DNA from: Eledone cirrhosa
Lineage: Eukaryota
Assembly: GCA_964016885.1 (NCBI GenBank)
Contig: OZ024744.1
Coordinates: forward strand, 124,062,001-124,126,000
DNA: 64,000 nucleotides
Reading direction: 5' to 3'
A program made the translations under genes and the position numbers. The notes beneath the pieces were generated by a model. It saw only the letters and a program-made list of their open reading frames with translations, ran no database searches and had not been told where the DNA came from. Below are positions 43,901 through 58,400 of this stretch, piece after piece; position 1 is the first letter of the stretch; each line of letters starts with the position of its first letter.

Positions 43901-44100
43901 TAACAGGTAGGACAATAGTCTGTAATACCTTGTCCAACCCATGACAGGTAGGACAATAGTCTGTAATAACTTGTCCAACCCATGTATGTAGGACAATAGT
44001 CTGTAATAACTTGTCCAAACCATGACAGGTAGGACAATAGTCTGTAATAACTTGTCCAACCCATGACAGGTAGGACAATAGTCTGTAATAACTTGTCCAA
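37921..44100 (-). other. Longest (2059 aa) of the repeat-derived minus-strand ORFs; most likely spurious and not called as a CDS
   Basis: The translation only cycles through the three frames of the monomer (MGWTSYYRLLSYLS / WVGQVITDYCPTCH / GLDKLLQTIVLPV). All three minus frames carry overlapping ORFs, the repeat unit is not a multiple of 3, and there is no unique terminus. Confidence 0.8.
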
Positions 44101-47100
44101 CCCATGACAGGTAGGACATTAGTGTGTAATAACTTGTCCAACCCATGACAGGTAGGACAATAGTCTGTAATAACTTGTCCAACCCATGTATGCAGGACAA
44201 TAGTCTGTAATAACTTGTCCAACCCATGACAGGTAGGACAATAGTCTGTAATAACTTGTCCAACCCATGACAGGTAGGACAATAGTCTGTAATAACTTGT
44301 CCATCCCATGACAGGTAGGACAATAGTCTGTAATAACTTGTCCAACCCATGACAGCTAGGACAATAGTCTGTAATAACTTGTCCAACCCATGACAGGTAG
44401 GACAATAGTCTGTAATAACTTGTCCATCCCATGACAGGTAGGACAATAGTCTGTAATAACTTGTCCAACCCATGACAGCTAGGACAATAGTCTGTAATAA
44501 CTTGTCCAACACATGACAAGTAGGACAATAGTCTGTAATAACTTGTCCAACCCATGTATGTAGGACAATAGTCTGTAATAACTTGTCCAACCCATGTATG
44601 TACGACAATAGTCTGTAATAACTTGCCTAACCCATGTATGTAGGACAATAGTCTGTAATAACTTGTCCAACCCATGTATGTAGGACAATAGTCTATAATA
44701 ACTTGTCCAACCCATGTATGTAGGACAATAGTCTGTAATAACTTGTCCAACCCATGACAGGTAGGACAATAGTCTGTAATACCTCGTCCAACCCATGACA
44801 GGTAGGACAATAGTCTGTAATAACTTGTCCAACCCATGACAGGTAGGACAATAGTCTGTAATAACTTGTCCAACCCATGTATATAGGACAATAGTCTGTA
44901 ATAACTTGTCCAACCCATGACAGGTAGGACAATAGTCTGTAATAACTTGTCCAACCCATGTATGTAGGACAATAGTCTGTAATAACTTGTCCAACCCATG
45001 ACAGGTAGGACAATAGTCTGTAATAACTTGTCCAACCCATGACAGGTAGGGCAATAGTCTGTAATAACTTGTCCAACCCATGTATGTAGGACAATAGTCT
45101 GTAATAACTTGTCCAACCCATGACAGGTAGGACAATAGTCTGTAATAACTTGTCCAACCCATGTATGCAGGACAATAGTCTGTAATAACTTGTCCAACCC
45201 ATGACAGGTAGGACAATAGTCTGTAATAACTTGTCCAACCCATGACAGGTAGGACAATAGTCTGTAATACCTTGTCCAACCAATGACAGGTCGGAGAATA
45301 GTCTGTAATAACTTGTCCATCCTATGACAGGTATGACAATAGTCTGTAATAACTTGTCCAACCCATGACAGCTAGGACAATAGTCTGTAATAACTTGTCC
45401 AACCCATGACATGTAGGACATTAGTCTGTAATAACTTGTCCAAACAATGACATGTAGGTCAATAGTCTGTAATAACTTGTCCAACCCATGACAGGTAGGA
45501 CAATAGTCTGTAATACCTTGTCCAACCAATGACAGGTCGGAGAATAGTCTGTAATAACTTGTCCAACCCGTGACAGGTAGGACAATAGTCTGTAATACCT
45601 TGTCCAACCCATGACAGGTAGGGCAATAGTCTGTAATAACTTGTCCAACCCATGAAAGGTAGGTCAATATTCTGTAATAACTTTTCCAACCCATGTATGT
45701 AGGACAATAGTCTGTAATAACTTGTCCAACCCATGACAGGTAGGACAATAGTCTGTAATAACTTGTCCATCCCATGACAGGTAGGACAATAGTCTGTAAT
45801 AACTTGTCCAACCCATGACAGCTAGGACAATAGTCTGTAATAACTTGTCCAACCCATGACAGGTAGGACAATAGTCTGTAATAACTTGTCCAACCCATGA
45901 CATGTAGGACAATAGTCTGTAATAACTTGTCCAACCCGTGACAGGTAGGACAATAGTCTGTAATAACTTGTCGAACCCACGTATGTAGGACAATAGTCTG
46001 TAATAAATTGTCCAACCCATGCCAGGTAGGACAATAGTCTGTAATAACTTGTCTAACCCATGACAGGTAGGACAATAGTCTGTAATAACTTGTCCAACCC
46101 ATGTATGTAGGGCAATAGTCTGTAATAACTTGTCCAACCCATGTATGTAGGACAATAGTCTGTAATAATAATTTGTCCAACCCATGTATGTAGGACAATA
46201 GTCTGTAATAACTTGTACAACCCATGAAAGGTAGGTCAATATTCTGTAATAACTTTTCCAACCCATGTATGTAGGACAATAGTCTGTAATAACTTGTCCA
46301 ACCCATGTCATGTAGGACAATAGTCTGTAATAACTTGTCCAACCCATGACAGGTAGGACAATAGTCTGTAATACCTTGTCCAACCAATGACAGGTAGGGA
46401 ATAGTCTGTAATAACTTGTCCAACCCATAACAGGTAGGACAATAGTCTGTAATACCTTGTCCAACCCATGACAGGTAGGACAATAGTCTGTAATAACTTG
46501 TCCAACCCATGTATGTAGGACAATAGTCTGTAATAACTTGTCCAAACCATGACAGGTAGGACAATAGTCTGTAATAACTTGTCCAACCCATGTATGCAGG
46601 ACAATAGTCTGTAATAACTTGTCCAACCCATGACAGGTAGGACAATAGTCTGTAATAACTTGTCCAACCCATGACAGGTAGGACAATAGTCTGTAATAAC
46701 TTGTCCATCCCATGACAGGTAGGACAATAGTCTGTAATAACTTGTCCAACCCATGACAGCTAGGACAATAGTCTGTAATAACTTGTCCAACCCATGACAG
46801 GTAGGACAATAGTCTGTAATAACTTGTCCATCCCATGACAGGTAGGACAATAGTCTGTAATAACTTGTCCAACCCATGACAGCTAGGACAATAGTCTGTA
46901 ATAACTTGTCCAACACATGACAAGTAGGACAATAGTCTGTAATAACTTGTCCAACCCATGTATGTAGGACAATAGTCTGTAATAACTTGTCCAACCCATG
47001 TATGTACGACAATAGTCTGTAATAACTTGCCTAACCCATGTATGTAGGACAATAGTCTGTAATAACTTGTCCAACCCATGTATGTAGGACAATAGTCTAT

Positions 47101-48142
47101 AATAACTTGTCCAACCCATGTATGTAGGACAATAGTCTGTAATAACTTGTCCAACCCATGACAGGTAGGACAATAGTCTGTAATACCTCGTCCAACCCAT
47201 GACAGGTAGGACAATAGTCTGTAATAACTTGTCCAACCCATGACAGGTAGGACAATAGTCTGTAATAACTTGTCCAACCCATGTATATAGGACAATAGTC
47301 TGTAATAACTTGTCCAACCCATGACAGGTAGGACAATAGTCTGTAATAACTTGTCCAACCCATGTATGTAGGACAATAGTCTGTAATAACTTGTCCAACC
47401 CATGACAGGTAGGACAATAGTCTGTAATAACTTGTCCAACGCATGACAGGTAGGGCAATAGTCTGTAATAACTTGTCCAACCCATGTATGTAGGACAATA
47501 GTCTGTAATAACTTGTCCAACCCATGACAGGTAGGACAATAGTCTGTAATAACTTGTCCAACCCATGTATGCAGGACAATAGTCTGTAATAACTTGTCCA
47601 ACCCATGACAGGTAGGACAATAGTCTGTAATAACTTGTCCAACCCATGACAGGTAGGACAATAGTCTGTAATACCTTGTCCAACCAATGACAGGTCGGAG
47701 AATAGTCTGTAATAACTTGTCCATCCTATGACAGGTATGACAATAGTCTGTAATAACTTGTCCAACCCATGACAGCTAGGACAATAGTCTGTAATAACTT
47801 GTCCAACCCATGACATGTAGGACATTAGTCTGTAATAACTTGTCCAACCCATGACATGTAGGTCAATAGTCTGTAATAACTTGTCCAACCCATGACAGGT
47901 AGGACAATAGTCTGTAATACCTTGTCCAACCAATGACAGGTCGGAGAATAGTCTGTAATAACTTGTCCAACCCGTGACAGGTAGGACAATAGTCTGTAAT
48001 ACCTTGTCCAACCCATGACAGGTAGGGCAATAGTCTGTAATAACTTGTCCAACCCATGAAAGGTAGGTCAATATTCTGTAATAACTTTTCCAACCCATGT
48101 ATGTAGGACAATAGTCTGTAATAACTTGTCCAACCCATGACA
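43158..48142. repeat. About 2.5-kb tandem duplication with an internal 123-bp (3-monomer) indel (offsets 2527 then 2404)
   Basis: ORF starts 43295/43781 recur at +2527, and 44479/44693/45421/45459/45664 recur at +2404. Four A monomers at 44024-44187 correspond to one at 46551-46591. Confidence 0.9.
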
Positions 48143-49266
48143 TGTAGGACAATAGTCTGTAATAACTTGTCCAACCCATGACAAGTAGGACAATAGTCTG
48201 TAATACCTTGTCCAACCAATGACAGGTAGGGAATAGTCTGTAATAACTTGTCCAACCCATAACAGGTAGGACAATAGTCTGTAATACCTTGTCCAACCCA
48301 TGACAGGTAGGACAATAGTCTGTAATAACTTGTCCAACCCATGTATGTAGGACAATAGTCTGTAATAACTTGTCCAAACCATGACAGGTAGGACAATAGT
48401 CTGTAATAACTTGTCCAACCCATGACAGGTAGGACAATAGTCTGTAATAACTTGTCCAACCCATGACAGGTAGGACATTAGTGTGTAATAACTTGTCCAA
48501 CCCATGACATGTAGGACAATAGTCTGTAATAACTTGTCCAACCCATGACAGGTAGGACAATAGTCTGTAATAACTTGTTCAACCCATGTATGCAGGACAA
48601 TAGTCTGTAATAACTTGTCCAACCCATGACAGGTAGGACAATAGTCTGTAATAACTTGTCCAACCCATGACAGGTAGGACAATAGTCTGTAATAACTTGT
48701 CCATCCCATGACAGGTAGGACAATAGTCTGTAATAACTTGTCCAACCCATGACAGCTAGGACAATAGTCTGTAATAACTTGTCCAACCCATGACAGGTAG
48801 GACAATAGTCTGTAATAACTTGTCCAACCCATGACATGTAGGACAATAGTCTGTAATAACTTGTCCAACCCGTGACAGGTAGGACAATAGTCTGTAATAA
48901 CTTGTCGAACCCACGTATGTAGGACAATAGTCTGTAATAAATTGTCCAACCCATGTATGTAGATCAATAGCCTGTAATAACTTGTCCAACCCATGACAGG
49001 TAGGACAATAGTCTGTAATAACTTGTCCAACCCATGACAAGTAGGACAATAGTCTGTAATAACTTGTCCAACCCATGTATGTAGGACAATAGTCTGTAAT
49101 AACTTGTCCAACCCATGTATGTACGACAATAGTCTGTAATAACTTGCCTAACCCATGTATGTAGGACAATAGTCTGTAATAACTTGTCCAACCCATGTAT
49201 GTAGGACAATAGTCTATAATAACTTGTCCAACCCATGTATGTAGGACAATAGTCTGTAATAACTTG

Positions 49267-52200
49267 TCCAACCCATGACAGGTAGGACAATAGTCTGTAA
49301 TAACTTGTCCAACCCATGACAGGTAGGACAATAGTCTGTAATAACTTGTCCAACCCATGTATATAGGACAATAGTCTGTAATAACTTGTCCAACCCATGA
49401 CAGGTAGGACAATAGTCTGTAATAACTTGTCCAACCCATGTATGTAGGACAATAGTCTGTAATAACTTGTCCAACCCATGACAGGTAGGACAATAGTCTG
49501 TAATAACTTGTCCAACCCATGACAGGTAGGGCAATAGTCTGTAATAACTTGTCCAACCCATGTATGTAGGACAATAGTCTGTAATAACTTGTCCAACCCA
49601 TGACAGGTAGGACAATAGTCTGTAATAACTTGTCCAACCCATGTATGCAGGACAATAGTCTGTAATAACTTGTCCAACCCATGACAGGTAGGACAATAGT
49701 CTGTAATAACTTGTCCAACCCATGACAGGTAGGACAATAGTCTGTAATACCTTGTCCAACCAATGACAGGTCGGAGAATAGTCTGTAATAACTTGTCCAT
49801 CCTATGACAGGTATGACAATAGTCTGTAATAACTTGTCCAACCCATGACAGCTAGGACAATAGTCTGTAATAACTTGTCCAACCCATGACATGTAGGACA
49901 TTAGTCTGTAATAACTTGTCCAACCCATGACATGTAGGACAATAGTCTGTAATAACTTGTCCAACCCATGACAGGTAGGACAATAGTCTGTAATACCTTG
50001 TCCAACCAATGACAGGTCGGAGAATAGTCTGTAATAACTTGTCCAACCCGTGACAGGTAGGACAATAGTCTGTAATACCTTGTCCAACCCATGACAGGTA
50101 GGGCAATAGTCTGTAATAACTTGTCCAACCCATGACAGGTAGGACAATAGTCTGTAATAACTTGTCCAACCCATGTATGTAGGACAATAGTCTGTAATAA
50201 CTTGTCCAACCCATGACAGGTAGGACAATAGTCTGTAATAACTTGTCCAACCCATGACAGGTAGGGCAATAGTCTGTAATAACTTGTCCAACCCATGTAT
50301 GTAGGACAATAGTCTGTAATAACTTGTCCAACCCATGACAGGTAGGGCAATAGTCTGTAATAACTTGTCCAACCCATGACAGGTAGGACAATAGTCTGTA
50401 ATAACTTGTCCACCCCATGACAGGTAGGGCAATAGTCTGTAATAACTTGTCCAACCCATGTATGCAGGACAATAGTCTGTAATAACTTGTCCATCCCATG
50501 ACAGGTAGGACAATAGTCTGTAATAACTTGTCCAACCCATGCATGTAGGACAATAGTCTGTAATAACTTGTCCAACCCATGTATGTAGGACAATAGTCTG
50601 TAATAACTTGTCCAACCCATGACAGGTAGGACAATAGTCTGTAATAACTTGTCCATCCCATGACAGGTAGGACAATAGTCTGTAATAACTTGTCCAACCC
50701 ATGACAGCTAGGACAATAGTCTGTAATAACTTGTCCAACCCATGACAGGTAGGACAATAGTCTGTAATAACTTGTCCAACCCATGACATGTAGGACAATA
50801 GTCTGTAATAACTTGTCCAACCCGTGACAGGTAGGACAATAGTCTGTAATAACTTGTCGAACCCACGTATGTAGGACAATAGTCCGTAATAAATTGTCCA
50901 ACCCATGCCAGGTAGGACAATAGTCTGTAATAACTTGTCCAACCCATGACAGGTAGGACAATAATCTGTAATAACTTGTCTAACCCATGACAGGTAGGAC
51001 AATAGTCTGTAATAACTTGTCCAACCCATGTATGTAGGACAATAGTCTGTAATAACTTGTCCAACCCATATATGTAGGACAATAGTCTATAATAACTTGT
51101 CCAACCCATGTATGTAGGACAATAGTCTGTAATAACTTGTCCAACCCATGACAGGTAGGACAATAGTCTGTAATACCTCGTCCAACCCATGACAGGTAGG
51201 ACAATAGTCTGTAATAACTTGTCCAACCCATGACAGGTAGGACAAAAGTCTCTAATAACTTGTCCAACCCATGTATATAGGACAATAGTCTGTAATAACT
51301 TGTCCAACCCATGACAGGTAGGACAATAGTCTGTAATAACTTGTCCAACCCATGTATGTAGGACAATAGTCTGTAATAACTTGTCCAACCCATGACAGGT
51401 AGGACAATAGTCTGTAATAACTTGTCCAACCCATGACAGGTAGGGCAATAGTCTGTAATAACTTGTCCAACCCATGTATGTAGGACAATAGTCTGTAATA
51501 ACTTGTCCAACCCATGACAGGTAGGACAATAGTCTGTAATAACTTGTCCAACCCATGTATGCAGGACAATAGTCTGTAATAACTTGTCCAACCCATGACA
51601 GGTAGGACAATAGTCTGTAATAACTTGTCCAACCCATGACAGGTAGGACAATAGTCTGTAATACCTTGTCCAACCAATGACAGGTCGGAGAATAGTCTGT
51701 AATAACTTGTCCATCCTATGACAGGTATGACAATAGTCTGTAATAACTTGTCCAACCCATGACAGCTAGGACAATAGTCTGTAATAACTTGTCCAACCCA
51801 TGACATGTAGGACATTAGTCTGTAATAACTTGTCCAACCCATGACATGTAGGACAATAGTCTGTAATAACTTGTCCAACCCATGACAGGTAGGACAATAG
51901 TCTGTAATACCTTGTCCAACCAATGACAGGTCGGAGAATAGTCTGTAATAACTTGTCCAACCCGTGACAGGTAGGACAATAGTCTGTAATACCTTGTCCA
52001 ACCCATGACAGGTAGGGCAATAGTCTGTAATAACTTGTCCAACCCATGACAGGTAGGACAATAGTCTGTAATAACTTGTCCAACCCATGTATGTAGGACA
52101 ATAGTCTGTAATAACTTGTCCAACCCATGACAGGTAGGACAATAGTCTGTAATAACTTGTCCAACCCATGACAGGTAGGGCAATAGTCTGTAATAACTTG

Positions 52201-52943
52201 TCCAACCCATGTATGTAGGACAATAGTCTGTAATAACTTGTCCAACCCATGACAGGTAGGGCAATAGTCTGTAATAACTTGTCCAACCCATGACAGGTAG
52301 GACAATAGTCTGTAATAACTTGTCCACCCCATGACAGGTAGGGCAATAGTCTGTAATAACTTGTCCAACCCATGTATGCAGGACAATAGTCTGTAATAAC
52401 TTGTCCATCCCATGACAGGTAGGACAATAGTCTGTAATAACTTGTCCAACCCATGCATGTAGGACAATAGTCTGTAATAACTTGTCCAACCCATGACAGG
52501 TAGGACAATAGTCTGTAATAACTTGTCCATCCCATGACAGGTAGGACAATAGTCTGTAATAACTTGTCCAACCCATGACAGCTAGGACAATAGTCTGTAA
52601 TAACTTGTCCAACCCATGACAGGTAGGACAATAGTCTGTAATAACTTGTCCAACCCATGACATGTAGGACAATAGTCTGTAATAACTTGTCCAACCCGTG
52701 ACAGGTAGGACAATAGTCTGTAATAACTTGTCGAACCCACGTATGTAGGACAATAGTCCGTAATAAATTGTCCAACCCATGCCAGGTAGGACAATAGTCT
52801 GTAATAACTTGTCCAACCCATGACAGGTAGGACAATAATCTGTAATAACTTGTCTAACCCATGACAGGTAGGACAATAGTCTGTAATAACTTGTCCAACC
52901 CATGTATGTAGGACAATAGTCTGTAATAACTTGTCCAACCCAT
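49267..52943. repeat. About 1.8-1.9-kb duplication with a one-monomer (40-bp) indel (offsets 1914 then 1874)
   Basis: ORF starts 49852/49901 recur at +1914 and 50708 recurs at +1874. Shared rare variants are tccacccc (about 50410/52324) and agtccgt (about 50881/52755). The B monomer at 50581 is missing in the right copy. Confidence 0.88.
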
Positions 52944-55431
52944 GTATGTAGGACAATAGTCTGTAATAATAATTTGTCCAACCCATGTATGTAGGACAAT
53001 AGTCTGTAATAACTTGTCCAACCCATGAAAGGTAGGTCAATAGTCTGTAATAACTTGTCCAACCCATGTATGTAGGACAATAGTCTGTAATAACTTGGCC
53101 AACCCATGTATGTAGGACAATAGTCTGTAATAACTTGTCCAACCCATGTATGTAGGACAATAGTCTGTAATAACTTGTCCAAACCATGACAGGTGGGACA
53201 ATAGTCTGTAATAACTTGTCCAACCGATGACAGGTAGGACAATAGTCTGTAATAACTTGTCCAACCCATGACAGCTAGGACAATAGTCTGTAATAACTTG
53301 TCCAACCCATGACAGGTAGGACATTAGTGTGTAATAACTTGTCCAACCCATGACAGGTAGGACAATAGTCTGTAATAACTTGTCCAACCCATGACAGGTA
53401 GGACGATAGTCTGTAATAACTTGTCCAACCCATGTATGTAGGTCAATAGCCTGTAATAACTTGTCCAACCCATGACAGGTAGGACAATAGTCTGTAATAA
53501 CTTGTCCAACCCATGACAAGTAGGACAATAGTCTGTAATAACTTGTCCAACCCATGTATGTAGGACAATAGTCTGTAATAACTTGTCCAACCCATGTATG
53601 TACGACAATAGTCTGTAATAACTTGCCTAACCCATGTATGTAGGACAATAGTCTGTAATAACTTGTCCAACCCATGTATGTAGGACAATAGTCTATAATA
53701 ACTTGTCCAACCCATGTATGTAGGACAATAGTCTGTAATAACTTGTCCAACCCATGACAGGTAGGACAATAGTCTGTAATACCTCGTCCAACCCATGACA
53801 GGTAGGACAATAGTCTGTAATAACTTGTCCAACCCATGACAGGTAGGACAATAGTCTGTAATAACTTGTCCAACCCATGTATATAGGACAATAGTCTGTA
53901 ATAACTTGTCCAACCCATGACAGGTAGGACAATAGTCTGTAATAACTTGTCCAACCCATGTATGTAGGACAATAGTCTGTAATAACTTGTCCAACCCATG
54001 ACAGGTAGGACAATAGTCTGTAATAACTTGTCCAACCCATGACAGTTAGGGCAATAGTCTGTAATAACTTGTCCAACCCATGTATGTAGGACAATAGTCT
54101 GTAATAACTTGTCCAACCCATGACAGGTAGGACAATAGTCTGTAATAACTTGTCCAACCCATGTATGCAGGACAATAGTCTGTAATAACTTGTCCAACCC
54201 ATGACAGGTAGGACAATAGTCTGTAATAACTTGTCCAACCCATGACAGGTAGGACAATAGTCTGTAATAACTTGTCCATCCTATGACAGGTATGACAATA
54301 GTCTGTAATAACTTGTCCAACCCATGACAGCTAGGACAATAGTCTGTAATAACTTGTCCAACCCATGACAGGTAGGACAATAGTCTGTAATAACTTGTCC
54401 AACCCATGACATGTAGGACAATAGTCTGTAATAACTTGTCCAACCCATGACATGTAGGACAATAGTCTGTAATAACTTGTCCAACCCATGACATGTAGGA
54501 CAATAGTCTGTAATACCTTGTCCAACCAATGACAGGTCGGAGAATAGTCTGTAATAACTTGTCCAACCCATGACAGGTAGGACAATAGTCTGTAATACCT
54601 TGTCCAACCAATGACAGGTAGGACAATAGTCTGTAATAACTTGTCCAACCCATGACAGGTAAGACAATACTCTGTAATAACTTGTCCAACCCATGTATGT
54701 AGGACAATAGTCTGTAATAACTTGTCCAACCCATGACAGGTAGGACAATAGTCTGTAATAACTTGTCCAACCCATGACAGGTAGGGCAATAGTCTGTAAT
54801 AACTTGTCCAACCCATGACAGGTAGGACAATAGTCTGTAATAACTTGTCCAACCCATGTATGTAGGACAATAGTCTGTAATAACTTGTCCAACCCATGAC
54901 AGGTAGGACAATAGTCTGTAATAACTTGTCCAACCCATGACAGGTAGGGCAATAGTCTGTAATAACTTGTCCAACCCATGTATGTAGGACAATAGTCTGT
55001 AATAACTTGTCCAACCCATGACAGGTAGGGCAATAGTCTGTAATAAATTGTCCAACCCATGACAGGTAGGACAATAGTCTGTAATAACTTGTCCAACCCA
55101 TGACAGGTAGGGCAATAGTCTGTAATAACTTGTCCAACCCATGTATGCAGGACAATAGTCTGTAATAACTTGTCCATCCCATGACAGGTAGGACAATAGA
55201 CTGTAATAACTTGTCCAACCCATGCATGTAGGACAATAGTCTGTAATAACTTGTCCACCCCATGTATATAGGACAATTGTCTGTAATAACTTGTCCATCC
55301 CATGACAGGTAGGACAATAGTCTGTAATAACTTGTCCAACCCATGACAGCTAGGACAATAGTCTGTAATAACTTGTCCAACCCATGACAGGTAGGACAAT
55401 AGTCTGTAATAACTTGTCCAACCCATGACAT

Positions 55432-58400
55432 GTAGGACAATAGTCTGTAATAACTTGTCCAACCCATGTATGTAGGTCAATAGCCTGTAATAACTTGTCC
55501 AACCCATGACAGGTAGGACAATAGTCTGTAATAACTTGTCCAACCCATGACAAGTAGGACAATAGTCTGTAATAACTTGTCCAACCCATGTATGTAGGAC
55601 AATAGTCTGTAATAACTTGTCCAACCCATGTATGTACGACAATAGTCTGTAATAACTTGCCTAACCCATGTATGTAGGACAATAGTCTGTAATAACTTGT
55701 CCAACCCATGTATGTAGGACAATAGTCTATAATAACTTCCCCAACCCATGTATGTAGGACAATAGTCTGTAATAACTTGTCCAACCCATGACAGGTAGGA
55801 CAATAGTCTGTAATACCTCGTCCAACCCATGACAGGTAGGACAATAGTCTGTAATAACTTGTCCAACCCATGACAGGTAGGACAATAGTCTGTAATAACT
55901 TGTCCAACCCATGTATATAGGACAATAGTCTGTAATAACTTGTCCAACCCATGACAGGTAGGACAATAGTCTGTAATAACTTGTCCAACCCATGTATGTA
56001 GGACAATAGTCTGTAATAACTTGTCCAACCCATGACAGGTAGGACAATAGTCTGTAATAACTTGTCCAACCCATGACAGGTAGGGCAATAGTCTGTAATA
56101 ACTTGTCCAACCCATGTATGTAGGACAATAGTCTGTAATAACTTGTCCAACCCATGTATGCAGGACAATAGTCTGTAATAACTTGTCCAACCCATGACAG
56201 GTAGGACAATAGTCTGTAATAACTTGTCCATCCTATGACAGGTATGACAATAGTCTGTAATAACTTGTCCAACCCATGACAGGTAGGACAATAGTCTGTA
56301 ATAACTTGTCCAACCCATGACAGGTAGGACAATAGTCTGTAATAACTTGTCCAACCCATGACAGGTAGGGCAATAGTCTGTAATAACTTGTCCAACCCAT
56401 GTATGTAGGACAATAGTCTGTAATAACTTGTCCAACCCATGTATGCAGGACAATAGTCTGTAATAACTTGTCCAACCCATGACAGGTAGGACAATAGTCT
56501 GTAATAACTTGTCCATCCTATGACAGGTATGACAATAGTCTGTAATAACTTGTCCAACCCATGACAGCTAGGACAATAGTCTGTAATAACTTGTCCAACC
56601 CATGACAGGTAGGACAATAGTCTGTAATAACTTGTCCAACCCATGACAGGTAGGACAATAATCTGTAATAACTTGTCCAACCCATGACAGGTAGGACAAT
56701 AGTCTGTAATAACTTGTCCAACCCATGACAGGTAGGGCAATAGTCTGTAATAACTTGTCCAACCCATGTATGTAGGACAATAGTCTGTAATAACTTGTCC
56801 AACCCATGACAGGTAGGGCAATAGTCTGTAATAACTTGTCCAACCCATGTATGCAGGACAATAGTCTGTAATAACTTGTCCAACCCATGACAGGTAAGAC
56901 AATACTCTGTAATAACTTGTCCAACCCATGTATGTAGGTCAATAGTCTGTAATAACTTGTCCAACCCATGACAGGTAGGACAATAGTCTGTAATAACTTG
57001 TCCAACCCATGACAGGTAGGGCAATAGTCTGTAATAACTTGTCCAACCCATGACAGGTAGGACAATAGTCTGTAATAACTTGTCCAACCCATGTATGTAG
57101 GACAATAGTCTGTAATAACTTGTCCAACCCATGACAGGTAGGACAATAGTCTGTAATAACTTGTCCAACCCATGACAGGTAGGGCAATAGTCTGTAATAA
57201 CTTGTCCAACCCATGTATGTAGGACAATAGTCTGTAATAACTTGTCCAACCCATGACAGGTAGGGCAATAGTCTGTAATAACTTGTCCAACCCATGACAG
57301 GTAGGACAATAGTCTAATAACTTGTCCAACCCATGACAGGTAGGGCAATATTCTGTAATAACTTGTCCAACCCATGTATGTAAGACCTTAGGCTGTAATA
57401 ACTTGTCCAACCCATGACAGGTAGGACAATAGTCTGTAATACCCTGTCCAACCAATGACAGGTAGGACAATAGTCTGTAATAACTTGTCCAACCCATGTA
57501 TGTAGGACAATAGTCTTTAATAACTTGTCCAACCCATGTATGTAGGACAATAATCTGTAATAACTTGCCCAACCCATGACAGGTAGGACAATAGTGTGTA
57601 ATAACTTGTCCAACCCATGACAGGTAGGACAATAGTCTGTAATAACTTGTCCAACCCATGTATGTAGGTCAATAGCCTGTAATAACTTGTCCAACCCATG
57701 ACAGGTAGGACAATAGTCTGTAATAACTTGTCCAACCCATGACAAGTAGGACAATAGTCTGTAATAACTTGTCCAACCCATGTATGTAGGACAATAGTCT
57801 GTAATAACTTGTCCAACCCATGTATGTACGACAATAGTCTGTAATAACTTGCCTAACCCATGTATGTAGGACAATAGTCTGTAATAACTTGTCCAACCCA
57901 TGTATGTAGGACAATAGTCTATAATAACTTCCCCAACCCATGTATGTAGGACAATAGTCTGTAATAACTTGTCCAACCCATGACAGGTAGGACAATAGTC
58001 TGTAATACCTCGTCCAACCCATGACAGGTAGGACAATAGTCTGTAATAACTTGTCCAACCCATGACAGGTAGGACAATAGTCTGTAATAACTTGTCCAAC
58101 CCATGTATATAGGACAATAGTCTGTAATAACTTGTCCAACCCATGACAGGTAGGACAATAGTCTGTAATAACTTGTCCAACCCATGTATGTAGGACAATA
58201 GTCTGTAATAACTTGTCCAACCCATGACAGGTAGGACAATAGTCTGTAATAACTTGTCCAACCCATAACAGGTAGGGCAATAGTCTGTAATAACTTGTCC
58301 AACCCATGTATGTAGGACAATAGTCTGTAATAACTTGTCCAACCCATGTATGCAGGACAATAGTCTGTAATAACTTGTCCAACCCATGACAGGTAGGACA

